From contig DUFL01000011.1 in assembly GCA_013331965.1 (NCBI GenBank), positions 1-11,123 on the forward strand: a DNA stretch of 11,123 nt, written 5' to 3'. The stretch is from Candidatus Woesearchaeota archaeon. Its GTDB lineage: Archaea; Nanobdellota; Nanobdellia; Woesearchaeales; UBA10107. Both the position numbers and the translations under genes were made by a program. The notes below the pieces were generated by a model. That model saw only the letters and a list, made by a program, of their open reading frames with translations. It was not told the DNA's origin and ran no database searches. This document shows, piece after piece, positions 6,059-11,123 of the stretch; within the stretch, counting starts at the first letter, position 1, and each line of letters opens with the position of its first letter.

Positions 6059-6355
6059 TTAGGGCTTATATGGTACTCTTAGAAATGTCTTGCAGTTCAG
6101 GCAGAAGTAGGTCTTTTTGCCCTTGTTAAGCCTTATCCTGAGCGTTTTAGAGCTGTGATAGACTCCGCAGTTCTTGCAGAATTTACGCTTTAATTCAGGA
6201 GGAATCCTTACTTTATGCCTGCCGGATATCTTTCTTGCCAATGAGACATAGCGGTTTGCATAGTCTGGTCTGATTTCTGCCTGCCTGAACAGTTCCTTGA
6301 TTCTATCCAAAGCAACGGTTTTCGCATTATTTTTGCGTTTCTGGAATTTATTCAT
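6059..6355 (-). CDS. rnp4: RNase P protein component 4 (Rpp21/Rpr2 family)
   Basis: Basic helical N-terminus (ALDRIKELFRQAE...YANRYVSLARKISGRHKVRIP) followed by a zinc ribbon, CKNCG...17 aa...CLNC. The size (98 aa) is typical. Confidence 0.85.
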   Translation of the reverse strand: MNKFQKRKNNAKTVALDRIKELFRQAEIRPDYANRYVSLARKISGRHKVRIPPELKRKFCKNCGVYHSSKTLRIRLNKGKKTYFCLNCKTFLRVPYKP

Positions 6356-6376
6356 AAAATTAGTTCGACTCTGTCC

Positions 6377-6385
6377 TTTTTAAAA
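6377..6385 (-). promoter_or_regulatory. TATA-like box (TTTTAAAAA on minus strand) upstream of rnp4
   Basis: Located 22-30 nt upstream of ATG 6355. Confidence 0.4.
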
Positions 6386-6509
6386 CTATTCGGAAGCAAC
6401 CGGCTCAATCCATCATGCCGTACCCCTGCTTGATTTTTGTTTTAATAATAACAAACTAAAAAGTTAATCTAAATTTACACTTGCTAATAACCTTTCATGC
6501 ACCAAAAAC

Positions 6510-6517
6510 AATATAAA
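6510..6517 (+). promoter_or_regulatory. TATA-like box (AATATAAA) upstream of the 6539 start of the plus-strand coiled-coil gene
   Basis: Centred about 25 nt upstream of ATG 6539. It lies inside the N-terminal extension proposed by the ORF track (6497), which favours the 6539 start. Confidence 0.4.
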
Positions 6518-6538
6518 CCAACTCGCAGTTGGATATTC

Positions 6539-7774
6539 ATGTTTAAGTTTTTCAAAGGGCTGTTTGGACAAGGCAGGACACAGGAAGAGATATATTTTTC
6601 GGATATCGGAGTCTGGTTTGAAAATAAGCTCAGGGAAAGCAGCCTTTCAAAAGATCTTTCTGAACTTTTTAGCAAAGTAAGCAGGGCATCAGCTGTGATT
6701 GCAGTTTCGATAAAAAAAATCGCACGCAAAATCATAGAAAACGAGCTTCCTCCAGAACACAGGACTACAATCGACGAATACAGGGACGATTACATCTCGA
6801 AAGTTCAGAATTTCCTTAAGCAGATAAGCATAGAAAAAAAGGATCCGGAATCAATCCTGAATTATTATGAAGATATTTCTGCCGCATTGGAGCAGGTAAA
6901 GGACAGCACTAAGAATCATTTTTCAGTGATACAGAAATTCTTTGAAAATGAGGCGTTAAACATAAATGAAGCGATGAATTCCCTAAATGAATCTAAATCG
7001 AGGCTTGATAAACTGATAAAGAAAGAAAACGGAGTAAAATATGTGAATGATATTTTGAAACTTATCCAGCTCATAAAGAAAAAGAACAAATTATTATTCG
7101 ATCTCAAAGAACAGATAGAAAAGAATGAGATAAAGAAAAAAGAGTCTGAGAAATACAGGGAATATCTGGAAACAGAACTAGATGATCTGAAAACAGCAGA
7201 AGAATACTCGAAATATGACCAGTTATTATCAAAGCAGATAAGACTTGAGAAAGAGATGGAAAGAGAAGATCAAAACATCTCTATATTATTTTCTCCAATA
7301 CTAAAGCTATTATTCGAATATGACAAGAGAGAATTGGGAGCAGACCGGGCTTTAGCAAGACAGTATGCTTCGAGCCCGATTCAGAGCCTGCATAATGACA
7401 AAGGATTATGGATTCTGTCTTTGCTGCAGTCTGTCTCCTCAAAACTTCCTGAATTGGAAGAAAATGAGCAGAAAAGAATCAGATTGAAGCAATTCATTTT
7501 TGCGATAAACGAGAATCTGCTGAAAGATTATCTTTCAAAAAGAAATCTTATCCAGGAAGCGATAAGCAGCGTCAGAAGGCAGATAATGTCAGACAATACC
7601 AGCACAAAGATAGGCGATGTTAATTATAAGATGAAGCATGCTAATGAGCAGGTCAAGACTGCGGAAGAAAACAGGAAAAAGCGTGAGGAAGAGATTTCAG
7701 TGCTTAATCCTGAGAAAGATTTATTAATGCTGGAAAAGAAATTAAGTCTGTTAGGCAGGATTAAGATAATATGA
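6539..7774 (+). CDS. Coiled-coil protein (411 aa) with a hydrophobic/amphipathic N-terminal motif MFKFFKGLFG, no recognisable family
   Basis: Long K/E-rich helical sequence with no TM segment. An alternative start exists at 6497. Its stop overlaps the next ATG as ATGA (7771-7774). Confidence 0.7.
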   Translation: MFKFFKGLFGQGRTQEEIYFSDIGVWFENKLRESSLSKDLSELFSKVSRASAVIAVSIKKIARKIIENELPPEHRTTIDEYRDDYISKVQNFLKQISIEKKDPESILNYYEDISAALEQVKDSTKNHFSVIQKFFENEALNINEAMNSLNESKSRLDKLIKKENGVKYVNDILKLIQLIKKKNKLLFDLKEQIEKNEIKKKESEKYREYLETELDDLKTAEEYSKYDQLLSKQIRLEKEMEREDQNISILFSPILKLLFEYDKRELGADRALARQYASSPIQSLHNDKGLWILSLLQSVSSKLPELEENEQKRIRLKQFIFAINENLLKDYLSKRNLIQEAISSVRRQIMSDNTSTKIGDVNYKMKHANEQVKTAEENRKKREEEISVLNPEKDLLMLEKKLSLLGRIKII

Positions 7775-8205
7775 CTGAAGTTGAAAGCTTTACAAAGAAG
7801 TTCACTAAGGACAGGATAAGCAATGTTGTCCAGGTAAACAGGAATTTCTTTCAGGTCAACGAAGATCTGATAAATTTTAAATCAAAGATAAAACAGGAGC
7901 CGTTTGCGCTTGGAACATATCTTGGTTCCGGAAAGCCTTTTCATCCAAGCGTTGCACTTTTGGACTGGCTGGATAAAAGAACTGAAAATTATGTTATTAT
8001 TGATAAAAAAGCAGCGTGGTTATTTCTTTGTGGGAGAGATGTGTTCGCTGAATCCGTTATTCGACAAAATGTTAATGATGGAAAATTAGTCTTAGTTAAG
8101 AATGAGAATGACGAGGTTCTTGGCCTGGGAGAGATGACAGGAAGAAAAGTTTCAATTAAGAACTTGCTGGACAAGGGAGATTTCTTAAGAAGAGAGAGGC
8201 ATTAA
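7771..8205 (+). CDS. NIP7-like PUA-domain RNA-binding protein (UPF0113-type ribosome biogenesis factor homolog)
   Basis: N-terminal alpha/beta region plus a C-terminal PUA-like segment: AAWLFLCGRDVF...GKLVLVKNENDEVLGLGE...IKNLLDKGDFLRRE. This resembles the NIP7 C-terminal signature. The assignment is by eye only. Confidence 0.65.
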   Translation: MTEVESFTKKFTKDRISNVVQVNRNFFQVNEDLINFKSKIKQEPFALGTYLGSGKPFHPSVALLDWLDKRTENYVIIDKKAAWLFLCGRDVFAESVIRQNVNDGKLVLVKNENDEVLGLGEMTGRKVSIKNLLDKGDFLRRERH

Positions 8206-9116
8206 ACTTTCCTTATCCTTGCAACAAAAAACCCTTCAGAATTGTTATTATGGGGCCATATCCTTAAGCATTTAGAAACTTCTTTGTTATATTGTTCGTT
8301 TTCAAATTCTGTAAAGCATTCACTTCTGTTTATGTCAAGTTTGATTTCTTCCAATTCAGCGTTTGGAAACTTTTCTAATAACCATGAAACAACCCCCTCA
8401 TCTTCCTGAGGTTCCATCGTGCATGTCGAATAAACCAAAATACCATTTTCTCTCAGATTATTAAACGCGTTTGCGATTAATTTCTTTTGCAGTCCGGACA
8501 GTCTTTCAATTAATCCCGGGTTCCAGTCAATAGCACTTCTTGCACTTTTCATTATAGTTCCTGTTCCTGAACAAGGCGCATCAAGAAGTATTTTATCGAA
8601 CTGTCCTTTTATGTGCTGTCCCTGTGATTTCATCAAAGCAATATTTTTTAATCCCATCCTCTGAACATTGATTCCTAATGAAGCAAGCCTGTCCCCTGTA
8701 ACGTCATTTGCCAAAATTATCCCTGTGTTTTTCATATACTGTCCAATCTGTGTTGTTTTACTTCCTGGCGCAGCAGCGATATCAAGTACAGCATCATTTT
8801 CTTCCGGATTCAAAACGACAGGCGGTATCATCGAGGCTGATTCCTGGACATAGAAATAACCTAAAGCGTGTTCAAGCAAATTTCCTAAATCAGTCCTTTC
8901 CCCCTCAATCCAGAATCCTTCTTTGCACCATGGAATTGGAGTCAATCTAAATCCCTGCTTCTCAAGCCTTTTTTTAAGATCAGGAATTGAAATCTTTAAA
9001 GTATTTACTCTTATGCTTTTTCTCAGCCATTCAGTTGAAGACTTGCTGAACTTATTCCAGTCAGTAAGTTTTTTATATCTTTCAATGAATTTTTCCTTGA
9101 ATTGAAGTTCTGTCAT
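8202..9116 (-). CDS. NOL1/NOP2/Sun-family RNA (cytosine-C5)-methyltransferase (Trm4/NSUN-like)
   Basis: SAM motif I VLDIAAAPGSKTTQI; ANDV...RL..L..N..R; catalytic motif IV FDKILLDAPCSGTG; motif VI LVYSTCT..PQEDEGVV. Confidence 0.9.
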   Translation of the reverse strand: MTELQFKEKFIERYKKLTDWNKFSKSSTEWLRKSIRVNTLKISIPDLKKRLEKQGFRLTPIPWCKEGFWIEGERTDLGNLLEHALGYFYVQESASMIPPVVLNPEENDAVLDIAAAPGSKTTQIGQYMKNTGIILANDVTGDRLASLGINVQRMGLKNIALMKSQGQHIKGQFDKILLDAPCSGTGTIMKSARSAIDWNPGLIERLSGLQKKLIANAFNNLRENGILVYSTCTMEPQEDEGVVSWLLEKFPNAELEEIKLDINRSECFTEFENEQYNKEVSKCLRIWPHNNNSEGFFVARIRKV

Positions 9117-9136
9117 AACTTGCCTTTATTAGTCTC

Positions 9137-9146
9137 ATTTAATATA
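9137..9146 (-). promoter_or_regulatory. TATA-like box (TATATTAAAT on minus strand) upstream of the m5C methyltransferase gene
   Basis: Located 21-30 nt upstream of ATG 9116, in the divergent intergenic region 9117-9199. A plus-strand TTTAAAA (9165-9171) could serve the 9200 ORF. Confidence 0.4.
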
Positions 9147-9199
9147 CTTTTGCCTATGGTAACATTTAAAAGTAAGCTATAATTAAGCAAAATATTCAA

Positions 9200-9604
9200 A
9201 TGGGAGTTAACTATTCAGTTTTGGAAAAAGCAGGATTTAAGAGACTTATTCCGACCGGGACCGAGACAGGTAGATTATTTTCTTTTGATTCTCCATTGCA
9301 ATTAGAAACAAAGAGAATAATAATTGAAACACCTCCGATGGTAGACATACATGTTGGACAATACCTGAGAGGCAGAGTTAAACAAATTTTGTTTGCTTCA
9401 CGAGGTTCACAACCATCTATATGCTCTATCGTTGAAAGAAGCGATTTGAAAGACGATTTATTAGTTCTTGGTAAAGCTGGTTGGTTGACTCCGTCAGATA
9501 CATCCAGAATTTTCAAAAGACATTTTTATGCTGGAGGAAATCCAATTAAAATTAAAGATTTTGAATTACATCGTAATGATTATCCTTTTACTAAATCTTC
9601 TTAA
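9200..9604 (+). CDS. Hypothetical protein (134 aa), orphan
   Basis: Longest ORF in the gap. ATG start with TTTAAAA 29-35 nt upstream and a balanced amino-acid composition. No motif recognised. The competing minus-strand ORF 9211..9516 looks less protein-like. Confidence 0.45.
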   Translation: MGVNYSVLEKAGFKRLIPTGTETGRLFSFDSPLQLETKRIIIETPPMVDIHVGQYLRGRVKQILFASRGSQPSICSIVERSDLKDDLLVLGKAGWLTPSDTSRIFKRHFYAGGNPIKIKDFELHRNDYPFTKSS

Positions 9605-11123
9605 CCATATAAGGCCCTTCCTGTTTATATCCTAGTTTCTTATAATATTCTCTCGCTCCTATTCCTGAAATGACAACGAGTTTCTTCTTCCTGTCTTTCT
9701 TTGCCTGTTTTTCAGCAAGTCTCAGCAGTTCTTTTCCAACTCCTTTGTGCTGTATCAATCCCGATTCTCCGATAGGGACTACAGAACCGTAAACGTGCAG
9801 CTCTCTTATTATTGCTGAATCTTTTGTTATCTCTTTTCTTAAAATCTGAGAAGGATATCTCATCCTTACAAAACCGACAATCGCGTCCTGTTTTTTTGTA
9901 TCTGCCGAGATGAAGAATTCCTTTCCTTCAGACGCATTATATTCCATTGTATTGTAAATTATTTTATCATCTGGGTCATGTCTTCCGAGCTCTCTGCATC
10001 TAATGCACTGGCATATTATTCCTTTTTTATTCGCAGCTTCATCGACATGCTGCCTCAAATTGCTTAAGATGCCATTTTCCATGAATTTAGGAGGAATATC
10101 CCTCTGGACACGCATTATTCTGCAGTATTTCTCGACAAACATTTCTCCTTCTGAGATTATATCTGCGGCTTGTTCAGTTGTCAATGGCTTAAAATTTCCA
10201 CTTTTCATTTCTAAATAAAGCAATGTTCCTCTCGATACCATGCATGGATAAATTTTCATCATGTCAGGACGGAAATTTTCATTTTCAAATAATTCTCTGA
10301 ATGCCTGTATGTCCCTCTCTCTGTTCATCAAAGGAAGGCCTATCATGAAATGAAAATTGAGCTTAAATCCAAGGTCTTTCAGAATTTTGATGCTCTCGAT
10401 TGTTTCTTTTAACGTATGTCCGCGATTGATTTTCTTCAGAACATCATCATAAAGAGTCTGGACTCCCAATTCAACTCTGGTACATCCCAATCTTAACATT
10501 TCATTCCCATGTTTTAATAATCCCCAGTCAGGTTTTGTTTCGATTGTCAGTCCAATACATCTTACTTTTGCTTTTTCATTCTTTTTCTGCTCTTTTTCCA
10601 GCGTTGATTTCTTTTTTAATTTTTTGATCTTTTCAATTATTTTCTGAGTCATGTCTTCCTCAAATGTATGCGGAAGCTCGAAGAATTCCTTGAATTTATC
10701 AATATCGAGCTCATTTTTCCTGAAAAATTCTTTCGAGAAATCATTTAACGCTTTGAAACAGTCGGTTACAAATTCTTCCTGATATTCTTTCGGAGTCGCG
10801 GGGAATGTTCCTCCCATTATTATCAGCTCAACCTTATCTATATTATGCCCCAATAGAATATACTGCTCTAATCTGTTGAAAATCTGGATGTAAGCGTCAT
10901 AATCTGCTCTTTTTCCGCGCATAGTCGCAGGTTCATGTCCGGTATAGCTTTGAGGGGTATCTCCAAACGCGCTTTTCAATCCGCCTGGGCACATTGTGCA
11001 TCTTCCGTGAGGACATGCAGACGGCTTAGTCATAACAGCAACGGGAGCAACTCCGGAGATTGTTCTTGTTGTTTTAGTATGAATGTATTTTTTTAATAAT
11101 GTTTGGTCTTTTTTATCAGCTTT
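9591..11123 (-). CDS. elp3: Elp3-type tRNA U34 carboxymethyl-modification enzyme (radical SAM + GNAT acetyltransferase domains), 5' end beyond the window
   Basis: Radical-SAM cluster motif CPHGRCTMCPGG followed by PQSYTGHEPA, and a C-terminal GNAT motif QHKGVGKELLRLAE. The frame stays open from 11033 to 11123 (KADKKDQTLLKKYIHTKTTRTISGVAPVAV-MTKP), matching the conserved RT.SGV.PVAVM lead-in. The true start is therefore outside the window. Confidence 0.9.
   Translation of the reverse strand, partial: KADKKDQTLLKKYIHTKTTRTISGVAPVAVMTKPSACPHGRCTMCPGGLKSAFGDTPQSYTGHEPATMRGKRADYDAYIQIFNRLEQYILLGHNIDKVELIIMGGTFPATPKEYQEEFVTDCFKALNDFSKEFFRKNELDIDKFKEFFELPHTFEEDMTQKIIEKIKKLKKKSTLEKEQKKNEKAKVRCIGLTIETKPDWGLLKHGNEMLRLGCTRVELGVQTLYDDVLKKINRGHTLKETIESIKILKDLGFKLNFHFMIGLPLMNRERDIQAFRELFENENFRPDMMKIYPCMVSRGTLLYLEMKSGNFKPLTTEQAADIISEGEMFVEKYCRIMRVQRDIPPKFMENGILSNLRQHVDEAANKKGIICQCIRCRELGRHDPDDKIIYNTMEYNASEGKEFFISADTKKQDAIVGFVRMRYPSQILRKEITKDSAIIRELHVYGSVVPIGESGLIQHKGVGKELLRLAEKQAKKDRKKKLVVISGIGAREYYKKLGYKQEGPYMVKKI

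Noticed and set aside
9211-9516. Minus-strand 101-aa ORF as the real gene of the 9117-9604 gap.
   Set aside because: It is shorter than the plus-strand ORF and fully nested in it. It has no upstream TATA-like box at the usual spacing, and its product is Cys/Pro/Ser-rich and irregular.
142-10218. Seventeen further ORF-track entries: sixteen antisense to the called genes (142..780, 923..1129, 1580..1813, 1814..2092, 2120..2452, 2730..2975, 4288..4485, 5185..5622, 5644..6003, 6484..6735, 6916..7107, 7989..8174, 8668..8853, 8708..8950, 8923..9105, 10003..10218), plus 7904..8089, which is same-strand but out of frame.
   Set aside because: Each lies wholly or largely within a longer ORF that has recognisable motifs or coherent coiled-coil or TM architecture. 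Their products are S/F/L/C-rich low-complexity strings, typical of out-of-frame or antisense readings of K/E-rich AT-rich coding sequence. Several start at TTG.
1-11123. CRISPR arrays, IS elements or transposases, integrases, rRNA genes, long direct or inverted DNA repeats.
   Set aside because: A by-eye scan found no regularly spaced repeats, no transposase- or integrase-like ORF, and no att-like duplicate of the tRNA-Ile 3' end within the window. A computational repeat search would be needed to exclude short or degenerate repeats.

Overview
AT-rich (about one-third GC by eye) archaeal chromosomal segment. It is probably from a small-genome, DPANN-like lineage; that placement is inference from gene content. 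Coding is dense and 9 of 12 CDS are on the minus strand. Recognisable genes are mostly RNA and translation housekeeping: RNase P protein Rpp21/Rnp4, a NIP7-like PUA protein, a NOL1/NOP2/Sun m5C RNA methyltransferase, and Elp3 (radical SAM + GNAT, running off the right edge). Two tandem intron-containing tRNA genes sit in the middle, Asn-GUU and Ile-GAU. The Ile intron is at non-canonical position 30/31 inside a relaxed bulge-helix-bulge (BHB) fold. Directly downstream of the tRNAs lie a free-standing double-motif LAGLIDADG homing endonuclease and an orphan ParB-like protein with no ParA. This block is flanked by two truncated housekeeping genes. One is a Hel308/Ski2 helicase lacking its whole RecA1 ATPase domain. 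The other is an 87-aa N-terminal fragment of diphthamide synthase Dph2, translationally coupled to a small membrane protein. Lineage-specific proteins without recognisable families include a tail-anchored coiled-coil protein with ~34-aa repeats, a small Cys-rich secreted or pilin-like protein, and a 411-aa coiled-coil protein coupled to NIP7. A/T-rich TATA-like boxes sit 21-35 nt upstream of most ATGs, suggesting leaderless transcripts. I used this spacing to revise four ORF-track starts. No CRISPR array, IS element or rRNA was seen. All homology calls are by-eye motif recognition, not searches.
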